In this document: one piece after another, positions 1-8,119 of the stretch
Numbering within the stretch: the first letter of the stretch is position 1
How the letters are laid out: every line of letters begins with the position of its first letter
Source: Candidatus Methanoperedens sp.
GTDB lineage: Archaea; Halobacteriota; Methanosarcinia; Methanosarcinales; Methanoperedenaceae
Direction: 5' to 3'
Assembly: GCA_027460535.1 (NCBI GenBank)
Contig: JAPZAR010000027.1
Span: 180,001 to 212,000, forward strand
Length of the DNA stretch: 32,000 nt
Notes under the pieces: model-generated
What the model was told of the DNA's origin: nothing
Seen by the model: only the letters and a program-made list of their open reading frames with translations
Databases searched by the model: none
Made by a program: the position numbers and the translations under genes

Positions 1-84
1 ATGGCTTTTTACCAGCTTAATTCAGACTTGGATCCCGGAAAGATTGAAAAGGATTGTACAACAACATATAGCGGCATTTCGAGT

Positions 85-1443
85 TCAAGAAAAGGAACTC
101 AATATCTTCCCGTTCTTGAATAGTGTTATTCTTCCCCCACTCTCGGACACTACTATTCCAATCGCTTTTGTTGCCATTGTCATGGCTGCCACTGAAAAAT
201 GCTTGGTTCCTAAACCTTTGGGGATATCGACCATACTCGCATCTGCCGTTAGGAACCGGCATGCCGCTTCCACTAAACCATCACCACCTATCACGAAGAC
301 ACCATCCAATTGAGCCAGTTCCTTGATGGTATTACTGAATTCAGGATCGGTAATCATTCGCTCTTTTTTAGGGATTCCTTCAACCGGATTATGGATCAAC
401 TGCTTTGATCTGGCCAGTACGTCCTTTGAGTTTCCAATTATGAAGGCAGTGCCAACAGGTTTTCCTTCTCTTCCTTCTCTGGATATCTCAACAGCAATAT
501 TGAAAACAGACTCTAAAACAGGAGATTTAATATCAGCGCCCGATATTATCTTCTCCACTTGGCTCGATATATTCATATTTTCTTTCCTTTGGATGAAATA
601 TTCAAGACCCGGTGCATTGAGCATCTCTTTTTTGTCTTTTTTTTCTGTTTCCAGGATCCCGGCAAATTCAGATTTCACCTGTTGCCCTATACCTAATAAA
701 AGTCCACCCAAATCCGGTGTTGTTTTATTATCCTCCGGTCCTATCACATCTTCCCTGACTTTGGGCACCTCTTCCTTTATTTTCAATTTATCCATCGCAG
801 ATGCAGCTTTAATACGTAATTCATGGGATGGATGGTTGCTCTGAAGGTATGATAAAATATCGTACGCATCTTCAACGATTGTTGGATCTTTATCTGCGAT
901 ATTTTTTATTATCTTGCATGCATAGATTCTTTCGTCCAGATTGAGACCATTTAAAGCCAGATTCAATTCTCTTGTATGGCCTTTAAAGAATTCAGGGTGA
1001 AGTATGGCAATAGATCCGAGGAGATAATAAGCATTTTCTCTAACAGTTACGTTCATATTTCGAAGACTTAAAAGCAATCCAGGAACTGCAATGTTCATCT
1101 TTTCCGGATGTTTTTGATAGATCTTGTGCATGATTTCAAGGGTCTTCAGGATTTCACCTGTATGGAGGTCTTTTTGCAGGCAGCTCGCAATTAGATTTAC
1201 GGAGTCTGATATTATTCCTGTGTCTTTATCAGCGACAACATTTAAGGCCGAGATGGCAGATTTGAAAGATATTGTATCAAATTTCTTTAAAATAGATATG
1301 AGTGACCCCGCTGTTTCCGGCACCAGAGATGGTTCTTTATTGAGTATTTCACTGAGATTGATTATATCGGTTCCACTTGCCGTGCCTCTTTCGATCTTTC
1401 TGATTATGCTTTGGGCTTTTTTTTTCGGGTTATTAAGCAACAA
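85..1443 (-). CDS. HEAT/ARM-like repeat protein with a C-terminal DisA_N / diadenylate cyclase (DAC)-like domain
   Basis: 452-aa ORF. The C-terminal ~130 aa match the DAC pattern (PVGTAFIIG...LDGVFVIGGDG...GLGTKHFSVAAMTMATKAIGIVVSESGGRITLFKNGKI). The N-terminal ~230 aa are helical repeats. Start is TTG at 1443, preceded by GAGGT 5 nt upstream. Confidence 0.65.
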   Translation of the reverse strand: MLLNNPKKKAQSIIRKIERGTASGTDIINLSEILNKEPSLVPETAGSLISILKKFDTISFKSAISALNVVADKDTGIISDSVNLIASCLQKDLHTGEILKTLEIMHKIYQKHPEKMNIAVPGLLLSLRNMNVTVRENAYYLLGSIAILHPEFFKGHTRELNLALNGLNLDERIYACKIIKNIADKDPTIVEDAYDILSYLQSNHPSHELRIKAASAMDKLKIKEEVPKVREDVIGPEDNKTTPDLGGLLLGIGQQVKSEFAGILETEKKDKKEMLNAPGLEYFIQRKENMNISSQVEKIISGADIKSPVLESVFNIAVEISREGREGKPVGTAFIIGNSKDVLARSKQLIHNPVEGIPKKERMITDPEFSNTIKELAQLDGVFVIGGDGLVEAACRFLTADASMVDIPKGLGTKHFSVAAMTMATKAIGIVVSESGGRITLFKNGKILSSFS

Positions 1444-1671
1444 TATTTACCTCTCAGCAAATTATGCTACTCCTCGTTAGAGTATAAAAGTTTTGACATA
1501 GCTGCTGTCTTTTCCGGTCCGGTTATACCGATTATTTTTTGAATGGTTCCCTTGGGATGCGATGGGCATGTGGGGATTCAGTCCCGCCACGCAGGTCTAT
1601 ACTTCCCTTGAAACGATCGCGGCGAATGGTACCGCCTCTTGTGGGGATGTTAAAGGAAAGAGGAAAATAAT

Positions 1672-1797
1672 TCAAGGCCACACCGCTTTTATGATATCGA
1701 ATTCTGGAATTACATAATAATAGAATACTGCCAGAACTGCTGCAGCTGCGATTATTTCTGCAATTATCACGAGAATTCCTGCCTTACCTCCGGACAT
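1672..1797 (-). CDS. Putative 41-aa single-pass membrane micro-protein (MSGGKAGILVIIAEIIAAAAVLAVFYYYVIPEFDIIKAVWP)
   Basis: Hand-translated; it falls below the ORF-track length cutoff. ATG is preceded by GAGGT about 6 nt upstream and the core is hydrophobic. No homology support. Confidence 0.3.
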   Translation of the reverse strand: MSGGKAGILVIIAEIIAAAAVLAVFYYYVIPEFDIIKAVWP

Positions 1798-1907
1798 ATT
1801 AGACCTCTTTACCAAGTTGGAATGTTATTTCTTATAACTATATATTTATGTGAATATTTATAACTTTCTAATCCAACGATTGTAATTCATCCCGGTCCTA
1901 CATTAAC

Positions 1908-2330
1908 TTATATTGTAAACATAAACTGCGTCGTTGTAGAGAGCTCCTTCCGTATCTTCAACAAATGTGGATAATAAATCGTCATGGAATCCCTCTCCTC
2001 TGTACTTTTTTTCCCCTGTTCCAGAAGTCCCGCAATTATCATGCACTCAATCCTTCCAGAAACCCTGATAGACCCTCTCTCCATCGCAGAACTCATCTCA
2101 AGATAGATTGGAAGCCGAAGCCTGTCATGCTCCCATTCCGGCACAATAGAGGCAAGTTTCGCAAGCTCTTTTTTATCGAAAAAATGTACGGTACCGTCAA
2201 GGTTCCTTACTTCCGGCTTATTTTCAGCGAGCAGCACTTTCAGGGTCTTTCTCTTAACGGGAAGATGCCTGTTCAGGGTCTGCAGGAACTTTATGGATAT
2301 TTTTTTATCGAAATCATCTTCTTTAAACAT
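1908..2330 (-). CDS. Archaeal UPF0216/DUF61-like protein
   Basis: 140-aa ORF. The pattern LNRHLPVKRKTLKVLLAENKPEVRNLDGTVHFFDKKELAKLA...LRLPIYLE resembles the conserved archaeal DUF61 family. Assigned from memory. Confidence 0.55.
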   Translation of the reverse strand: MFKEDDFDKKISIKFLQTLNRHLPVKRKTLKVLLAENKPEVRNLDGTVHFFDKKELAKLASIVPEWEHDRLRLPIYLEMSSAMERGSIRVSGRIECMIIAGLLEQGKKSTEERDSMTIYYPHLLKIRKELSTTTQFMFTI

Positions 2331-2523
2331 TCTTCATATCAATTACCGGATGATGTGTATTAATACCCCCTATCTTTTGATCTTTATAACTCATTATTGT
2401 ATTCAATAGCGCTTCTTTTGGACGGAAAAATTAATATTCCAAAAAAATAAAGAAGATTCTTAAGATCCAGGATGCGTGCCTGGCGTGGCAGCGCACATTG
2501 GAAATAATATGGTGGGATACAAA

Positions 2524-3627
2524 ATGAAAACTAAAATAAGTAAGATCATGTTGGCAATATTTGCAATGAGCATATTGCTTTCCGTACCCGCATCTGCTGA
2601 TGTGGAAAAAGTGGACTTTACAGAGGGCGGGCATCTGGAAACAGATTTCGGGGTAAATTTTATGGCCGAATGGTGGTACCTGAACGGGAAGGCTACGTTA
2701 GTTTCATCAGACGGGGAAATAAAGGATGCGGGGTTCTTTGCAGTACTCGCACACCAGGAGTCTCCACTATTCAGGGGGTACTCTCAACTTCTGACTTTTC
2801 ATGGGCTTTATTTCAACAAATCCGAACCCGTCTTCAATTATGTTGAGACATTCGTTCCGCGGGATAACGTCAGCCAGTTCATCTCACTTCATACGCCTTA
2901 TGTGTATTACAGGTACCCTGACGGTTTAAAGCAAATAAAGGGTTCGCCACTTGGTGGGTACAATCTGGAATATGCATCTGTTCAAACAAATGTGGATATG
3001 GATCTTTTATTTCAGACAAATGTAAAGAAGACAGTGTACCATGCAAACAGTCCTCTTAACTTCACTACATACGAACATTCATACGGCACCCTTCATGGTT
3101 CAATAACCATAAACGGGAAAAGGTACACGGTAACCCGCGCCGAAGGATATATGGATCACATGATACCCGTGAGCAGGGGGCCATGGGCAATGGACATGCA
3201 TGGGTGGAACTGGTTCGAAGTGACAACGAAAAATTATCAGGTGGTCGGGTATGCCATGAGAGGTCTTGATGATGGCTACGAGAATTATTCGTATAAGCAC
3301 CTCACGTTGCTTGACAAGCAGAATGGAAAAGTGCTTGCGAAGTACTCGACGAAGGATATAACCATATCAGAAACTGGCTGGGTCAATGAGTCTGCGTTTA
3401 ACAGAAAAAGGCCTGAAACAGTCGTATTCTCAACTCCAAATTTGAAGGTCGCACTGAATGCGGAAAGTGTAATAGATTTTAATAAATCAAGTCCCTCTAA
3501 TCTGGCCGGGTTTGTTGATTTCATGGCTTTCCAGCCGAAAAAAGCATCGATCAAATACAAGGGAGATACAGAGCAAGGAAGTGCTTTCTTTGAGTATCTG
3601 GTCAGCGATATTGGCGTCGTACACTGA
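2524..3627 (+). CDS. Secreted AttH/CrtC-like (lipocalin-like) domain protein
   Basis: An internal Met at 2524 gives a signal peptide, MKTKISKIMLAIFAMSILLSVPASA. The EWWYLNGKA motif is typical of the AttH / hydroxyneurosporene-synthase-like N-terminal domain. The ORF track starts at 2476, but that extension is not signal-like. Confidence 0.5.
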   Translation: MKTKISKIMLAIFAMSILLSVPASADVEKVDFTEGGHLETDFGVNFMAEWWYLNGKATLVSSDGEIKDAGFFAVLAHQESPLFRGYSQLLTFHGLYFNKSEPVFNYVETFVPRDNVSQFISLHTPYVYYRYPDGLKQIKGSPLGGYNLEYASVQTNVDMDLLFQTNVKKTVYHANSPLNFTTYEHSYGTLHGSITINGKRYTVTRAEGYMDHMIPVSRGPWAMDMHGWNWFEVTTKNYQVVGYAMRGLDDGYENYSYKHLTLLDKQNGKVLAKYSTKDITISETGWVNESAFNRKRPETVVFSTPNLKVALNAESVIDFNKSSPSNLAGFVDFMAFQPKKASIKYKGDTEQGSAFFEYLVSDIGVVH

Positions 3628-3679
3628 AAATGTAGAGCGAAATGAGAAAATAACCTCGAATGAAAAAAAAATCAAAACC

Positions 3680-3685
3680 TTTATA
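3680..3685 (+). promoter_or_regulatory. TATA-like box (TTTATA) upstream of the 3722 gene
   Basis: TTTATA lies about 39 nt upstream of the ATG, and GGTGA Shine-Dalgarno-like sequence sits at 3711-3715. The spacing fits an archaeal promoter with a short leader. Confidence 0.3.
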
Positions 3686-3721
3686 CCAAAAGCATACTAA
3701 AATGAAAAAAGGTGATAAATT

Positions 3722-4120
3722 ATGGTGAAAATGCCTCCTGAAATAAAGGAAGTTGTCGGAAAGCAAAAACCGCTGCCCATAGCCACAGCGGATAAGAGTG
3801 GGAAACCGAATGTTGTGTTCGTTACCATGTGGAAGATCCTGGATGACGAGACCATACTGTTCGTGGATAATTTCTTCAACAAAACACGAAAGAACATAGA
3901 AGCCAATCCCAATATGGCCATTGTAGCATATGATGGCGATGCCAAGAAATCCTACCAGATAAAAGGGACCGTGGATATCGAGAACAAAGGCGCAAAGTTC
4001 ACATCTGCAAAAGAGATGGCTGACTCCAAGAAGCTGCCCGGAAAAGCGGCCTTCATATTCCACGTGAAAGAGATCTACGATGCTACCTATGGGCCCCGCG
4101 CGGGTGAGCGGTTAGCGTAA
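3722..4120 (+). CDS. Pyridoxamine 5'-phosphate oxidase family (FMN-binding split-barrel) protein
   Basis: 132 aa. The pattern PLPIATADKSGKPNVVFV...ILFVDNFFNKTRKNIEANPNMAI...SYQIKG is typical of the small PNPOx-like family. Confidence 0.8.
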   Translation: MVKMPPEIKEVVGKQKPLPIATADKSGKPNVVFVTMWKILDDETILFVDNFFNKTRKNIEANPNMAIVAYDGDAKKSYQIKGTVDIENKGAKFTSAKEMADSKKLPGKAAFIFHVKEIYDATYGPRAGERLA

Positions 4121-4296
4121 TTATCTTTTTGGCGTTCCTGGTGCGAATTATGGCGTTGATACCTGAACAATTACGATAAAACAGGGATCGCATAGATGAC
4201 ATGGATTAAAATTATCCGTGGAAATCCATCTCATCCGTGTTCAATGCATCAGGCGTTTACCAGAACGCAAAGATTTTTTACTGTTTTTAATTAATT

Positions 4297-5319
4297 ATGG
4301 ACCGCACCGGGATAATCTACCATCCGGATTACCTGAACCACGATACAGGGACGCACCCCGAGAGAAAAGAGAGGCTTCTTTCAATACTTTCCCACCTGGA
4401 AAGAACAGGGATGATAGAACAACTCTCCCTGATAGAGCCACGGAGTGCAACACCTTCTGAAATCCAGTATATTCACTCTCCCGACTATATAGAAAAAGCC
4501 AGAAAGTATTCTGAACTTGAGATCCCGCTTGACCCGGATACCGTCCTGTGCAAAGCCTCATACAATGTCGCATTGCTGGCCGCAGGCGGCGCCGTCACGG
4601 CAGTGGATGCCGTTCTTGATAAGTTAGATAGCTCATTCGCGCTCGTGCGTCCTCCCGGCCACCACGCCACACCCGGCAGGGGAATGGGATTCTGCATTTT
4701 CAACAATATTGCCATTGCAGCGCGCCATGCTCAGAAAAGAGGGAAAAAACGCGTGCTCATCGTGGACTGGGACGTGCATCACGGCAATGGTACGCAGGAG
4801 TCTTTCTACGACGACCCCACGGTGCTTTATTTCTCGACGCATCAGTACCCCCACTACCCTGGAACAGGATGGCTGGATGAGGTCGGGATAGGGGAAGGAA
4901 AAGGGTACAACATCAACGTGCCTCTGCCCGCTGGCACGGATGATTCCGGATTCATTGCCGCATTTGAGGAAATACTTCTTCCTGCGGCGCTCGAGTTCAA
5001 ACCCGATATGGTGCTTATTTCAGCCGGACAGGATGCCTGTTCCAATGACGGTCTGGCCCAGATGAGGATGAGTGTGAATGGTTTTGCGGTTCTTGCTTCT
5101 ATCGTAAAATCCATAGCCGAAAAAACATGCGATGGGAAGCTTGCTGCGGTGCTGGAAGGAGGATACGATCTCGACCTGCTGGCACGCTCAGTTGCATCTG
5201 TGCTCGAAGTGTTCCTGGGAAAGGAACCCGAAAGGAAAGAAGCAATGCCGGGCGCCAGGGTAAGAGAAAGGATAGATGAAGTAAAAAAAGTCCAGTCGGA
5301 ATTCTGGCATTTCCGATAG
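4297..5319 (+). CDS. Histone deacetylase / acetoin-utilisation (AcuC-like) family deacetylase
   Basis: 340 aa with the RPPGHHA, DWDVHHGNGTQ and EGGY catalytic and zinc-site motifs. Confidence 0.9.
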   Translation: MDRTGIIYHPDYLNHDTGTHPERKERLLSILSHLERTGMIEQLSLIEPRSATPSEIQYIHSPDYIEKARKYSELEIPLDPDTVLCKASYNVALLAAGGAVTAVDAVLDKLDSSFALVRPPGHHATPGRGMGFCIFNNIAIAARHAQKRGKKRVLIVDWDVHHGNGTQESFYDDPTVLYFSTHQYPHYPGTGWLDEVGIGEGKGYNINVPLPAGTDDSGFIAAFEEILLPAALEFKPDMVLISAGQDACSNDGLAQMRMSVNGFAVLASIVKSIAEKTCDGKLAAVLEGGYDLDLLARSVASVLEVFLGKEPERKEAMPGARVRERIDEVKKVQSEFWHFR

Positions 5320-5353
5320 ATTAATACGTAAAAAGCTATTATTTACGCCCCGA

Positions 5354-5426
5354 AGCCCGGTAGTGTAGCGGTCAATCATGCGAGGCTCTGGACCTTGCGA
5401 CGTAGGTTCGAATCCTGCCCGGGCTA
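5354..5426 (+). tRNA. tRNA-Gln (anticodon CTG)
   Basis: Hand fold: acceptor AGCCCGG/CCGGGCT (archaeal A1-U72), anticodon arm CGAGG-CTCTGGA-CCTTG, T arm GTAGG-TTCGAAT-CCTGC, discriminator A. Total 73 nt. Confidence 0.85.
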
Positions 5427-5515
5427 CTTTTATCCTGAGCAAATGAATTGATAACATGAGTATCAGGGGAACTGACGAATTGTCAATGATTGGCACAAAG
5501 ATCGAATTCATGCAA

Positions 5516-5551
5516 GGCCTTCGCGGCAATGGTTCGAATCCTGCCGGATTA
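5516..5551 (+). repeat. Degenerate copy of the 3' half of tRNA-Gln (anticodon-stem 3' strand through T arm)
   Basis: GGCCTTCGCGGCAATGGTTCGAATCCTGCCGGATTA aligns to tRNA positions 5390-5426. It includes an exact 15-mer GGTTCGAATCCTGCC (5405-5419 = 5531-5545). The T stem no longer pairs, so it is not a functional tRNA. Confidence 0.55.
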
Positions 5552-5581
5552 AAAGAGACTATAAAAAAGTTTGGTTTTGGG

Positions 5582-5648
5582 GCTATCATGAAATATATGA
5601 AAATAAAAAACCGCAGATAAACGCAGATGAACGCAGATTCATGATAGC
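5582..5648. repeat. 11-bp perfect inverted repeat enclosing three 10-bp-spaced CGCAGAT direct repeats
   Basis: GCTATCATGAA (5582-5592) and TTCATGATAGC (5638-5648) form the inverted repeat. CGCAGAT occurs at 5612, 5622 and 5632. The element sits about 100 bp upstream of moaA. Confidence 0.6.
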
Positions 5649-5743
5649 TTATTTGCGATCTATTATATTGTAACACCAAGGATTTTACAATCACGATTAA
5701 AAGAAAAGATTATTACTCCAATGAACATTGGAAATGAACATTC

Positions 5744-6697
5744 ATGAATGCCACGCTCACAGACCATTTCGGCAGGACCATATCAAGCCTTCGTATTTCA
5801 ATAACCCGGAGATGCAACCTGGGGTGCATTTACTGCCACGAAGAAGGGGATAAAGAGAGCTCTCTCCGGGAAATATCCCCTGATACTACGGCAAAAATCG
5901 TGAGAGCCGCAACTGAATTCGGCGTGGGAAAAGTAAAATTCTCGGGAGGTGAGCCTTTAATGAGAAACGATTTTGAAGATATTATTGCGGGATTGCCTCC
6001 TTTGAAGGACATATCCGCCACAACAAACGGAGTATTGCTCTCAGTGAGAGCAGCTTCGTTAGCGGATAAAGGCCTTGACCGGGTGAACATCAGTCTTCCC
6101 TCGTTGAATGAGGAACATTACAGGGCAATAACGGGGTCATCGCGGCTTCCCGCGGTAATTGAAGGGATCAATGCGGCTGTAGATACCGGATTGACCCCGA
6201 TCAAGCTCAACATGGTTCTATTGAAAGGCATCAATGAGAATGAGATAGAAAATGCTATTGAGTTTGCGGCGGGTTATGATGGAAATGTTATCCTGCAGCT
6301 CATCGAGCTGATGAATTTTAAAAATCTGGCTCAATTCATGGTTGATATTGATAGTGTGGAGAGAATGCTGGAATCAAGGGCATCTGCCGTCAGGGAGCGT
6401 GAATTGCACCGCAGGAAAAAATATTTTGTGGACGGGATCGAGGTCGAGCTTGTAAGGCCTATAGACAATTCGAAATTCTGCGCCAACTGCAACAGACTGA
6501 GGGTAACATCAAGCGGGAAGTTGAAGACATGCCTGATGCGGAATGATAACCTTATCGAAATAGATGAGGGAGCGACAGTATTTGAAATAAAAGAACTCCT
6601 CAGGAAAGCTGTCGAAGTAAGGGAACCTTACTGTAAAAATAATGGGCCCGCGGAGATTCGAACTCCGGACCTCCGCCATGTCAAGGCGACGTCATAA
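5744..6697 (+). CDS. moaA: GTP 3',8-cyclase MoaA (molybdenum cofactor biosynthesis, radical SAM)
   Basis: Has the CNLGCIYC radical-SAM cluster motif, GGEPLMR, and the C-terminal auxiliary cluster CANCNRLRVTSSGKLKTC. The last ~18 codons are antisense to tRNA-Val. Confidence 0.9.
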   Translation: MNATLTDHFGRTISSLRISITRRCNLGCIYCHEEGDKESSLREISPDTTAKIVRAATEFGVGKVKFSGGEPLMRNDFEDIIAGLPPLKDISATTNGVLLSVRAASLADKGLDRVNISLPSLNEEHYRAITGSSRLPAVIEGINAAVDTGLTPIKLNMVLLKGINENEIENAIEFAAGYDGNVILQLIELMNFKNLAQFMVDIDSVERMLESRASAVRERELHRRKKYFVDGIEVELVRPIDNSKFCANCNRLRVTSSGKLKTCLMRNDNLIEIDEGATVFEIKELLRKAVEVREPYCKNNGPAEIRTPDLRHVKATS

Positions 6698-6716
6698 CCG
6701 ACTAGACCACGAGCCC
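6643..6716 (-). tRNA. tRNA-Val (anticodon GAC)
   Basis: Hand fold of the reverse complement: acceptor GGGCTCG/CGGGCCC, anticodon arm TCGCC-TTGACAT-GGCGG, T arm CGGAG-TTCGAAT-CTCCG, discriminator A. Total 74 nt. Confidence 0.9.
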
Positions 6717-6894
6717 GGTTCTTTCCACTAGTGGATAATCGTTATTACTGCAGGCAATTCTAGTGAGAATTATCCTTTTTTTTAGAAATTATCCACTTTT
6801 TTGGAATTGGCGGGTAATAAGAATCCTAAGCAAATATACTTATCGAAATTTGGTGGCCGTTTCAATTTAATTCAAAACTTTTCTTTTTGTTACT

Positions 6895-7689
6895 TCATTT
6901 CTCCAAGTTTTTTGAATCCTTTGTTACTTGATTTCTAACAATAAAAAGCATAACAATAAGAACGAGACCAACGAAAACGACCGAAAATGCAGCAGCCCAT
7001 ACAGCTCTAGCTTGTCGTTCCTTATCAAAATAATCCATAAAAAATGGGTATACTGCAAAGTACGAAACAAGAAGCACAAGTCCTAAATTCAAATAATAAT
7101 CAAATTCCTTTTTTCCTAATTCACTCAATTTTCGCATTTTGCTTCTAAACCATAAGAATGGTTGCTGTTTAACAACAAAAAAATAGAACCCAAAACAAGC
7201 TATTACAACAACTAATACCATTATTTCCGTCTTCTTCCAAATGGAGAAAGAGGTATCTGGTGTTAAAAGTATCAGAACAATGGTAAAAACTATAAGAATC
7301 ACAGTTAGAAAGCTAATACCTTTTGAGAAATTATCACTCGATTCATTAAATTTTTTAATCGAATCGTTTAAGTTACTTATTGCAGTCTCTATGTTTTTAG
7401 AAGAATTATTACTGGACATTTCAAAATTTCGAACAGATTTATTTAATTCTTCTAATGTCTCTTTAATCAATATTTGATTAAGAAACTCAAATCCCTTGAT
7501 GCTTATTGTAATTTTATCTTGATTATTGAAAACAGATTTATAGTTAGGATATACTATCAAATCTCTTCTTTTCGCTTCATGAATTGTGCTATCAATATCG
7601 TTGTTTGATTTGCGAAGAACACCTACAGTAACATATTCTGGAAATTCTCCATTTAATTGTTTTAATAATTCGCCAATAAATAATTGCAC
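6895..7689 (-). CDS. Orphan membrane protein: soluble N-terminal domain, Asn/Ser-rich coiled segment and about 4 TM helices
   Basis: A 264-codon ORF in ~30% GC DNA, where stop codons are frequent, so it is unlikely to be open by chance. GTG start. I recognise no family. Confidence 0.6.
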   Translation of the reverse strand: MQLFIGELLKQLNGEFPEYVTVGVLRKSNNDIDSTIHEAKRRDLIVYPNYKSVFNNQDKITISIKGFEFLNQILIKETLEELNKSVRNFEMSSNNSSKNIETAISNLNDSIKKFNESSDNFSKGISFLTVILIVFTIVLILLTPDTSFSIWKKTEIMVLVVVIACFGFYFFVVKQQPFLWFRSKMRKLSELGKKEFDYYLNLGLVLLVSYFAVYPFFMDYFDKERQARAVWAAAFSVVFVGLVLIVMLFIVRNQVTKDSKNLEK

Positions 7690-7750
7690 AGAATCTCTTT
7701 AATAATTCATACATAGATATAGTTTTTCTAAGAAGGAATCATAGAAGTTA

Positions 7751-7880
7751 GACGTGCGCCGCCATAAGCACGCCGCCCTCCAGGTTGCGGGACAATCTCG
7801 CACACCACCTAAGGGCAGACGGCGTACTTAGTGCGTGAGGTTGGGCGACAGTCCCTACGCTCCTCAATGCGCGCATGGCC
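7751..7880. ncRNA. Candidate structured RNA: a GC-rich island forming two long hairpins; strand and identity unknown
   Basis: By hand count it is 84/130 = 65% GC, against 23% in the 60 nt upstream. Nested helices are 7754-7763/7818-7827, 7776-7779/7812-7815, 7782-7785/7807-7810 and hairpin 7786-7802. A second stem-loop spans 7831-7840/7862-7872. It has no coding potential of its own. Confidence 0.3.
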
Positions 7881-7903
7881 ATACAATAATCTGCGGTTTC
7901 CTG

Positions 7904-8119
7904 TTAAATTTTTGCCCCTTCCTTCCGCCAGGATATCTTATGCGAACCCATAATCCCTGTCCGGAATCTCGGGCATGTATTGATGCCGCAGTTTTTTGTG
8001 AGTTTCTGCCTGCACTCGGTCACCAGGCTTATAGGCAATATGTCGGTCTCTTCATAACCGGCAAATGAAGCAAACATGCCTTTGCCTATCGCACAACCCG
8101 ATACTGGTCTTATCTGCAT
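7904..8119 (-). CDS. Hypothetical 71-aa Cys-containing protein (MQIRPVSGCAIGKGMF...)
   Basis: ATG at 8119 is preceded by GGAGGT with a 4-nt spacer, with an AT-rich TATA-like stretch further upstream. I recognise no family. Confidence 0.3.
   Translation of the reverse strand: MQIRPVSGCAIGKGMFASFAGYEETDILPISLVTECRQKLTKNCGINTCPRFRTGIMGSHKISWRKEGAKI

Noticed and set aside
1444-1671. 228-bp gap with a moderately GC-rich core containing a T-arm-like GGGGATTCAGTCCC
   Set aside because: I could not build an acceptor stem or a proper T stem on either strand. Only tiny ORFs (22-30 aa) are present. It is left unannotated.
5188-5694. 168-aa minus-strand ORF spanning the tRNA-Gln region
   Set aside because: It is antisense to a tRNA and its remnant, as shown by the AGFEPT-type peptides typical of tRNA antisense translation. 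It also crosses the repeat element and has no coding-like composition.
7754-7880. Group II intron 5' end (the sequence begins GTGCGCC) or an RNase P / SRP RNA fragment
   Set aside because: GTGCG is only a 5-nt match. I found no domain V-like hairpin with an AGC triad and GNRA loop. There is no reverse-transcriptase ORF within 2.5 kb. There is no GAGGAAAGUCC (RNase P CR-I) and no GGAAGGGAGCA-type SRP helix 8 core in a proper context. The GGCTTAT match at ~8026 and the GGAAGGAAGG match at ~7925 (minus strand) are isolated.
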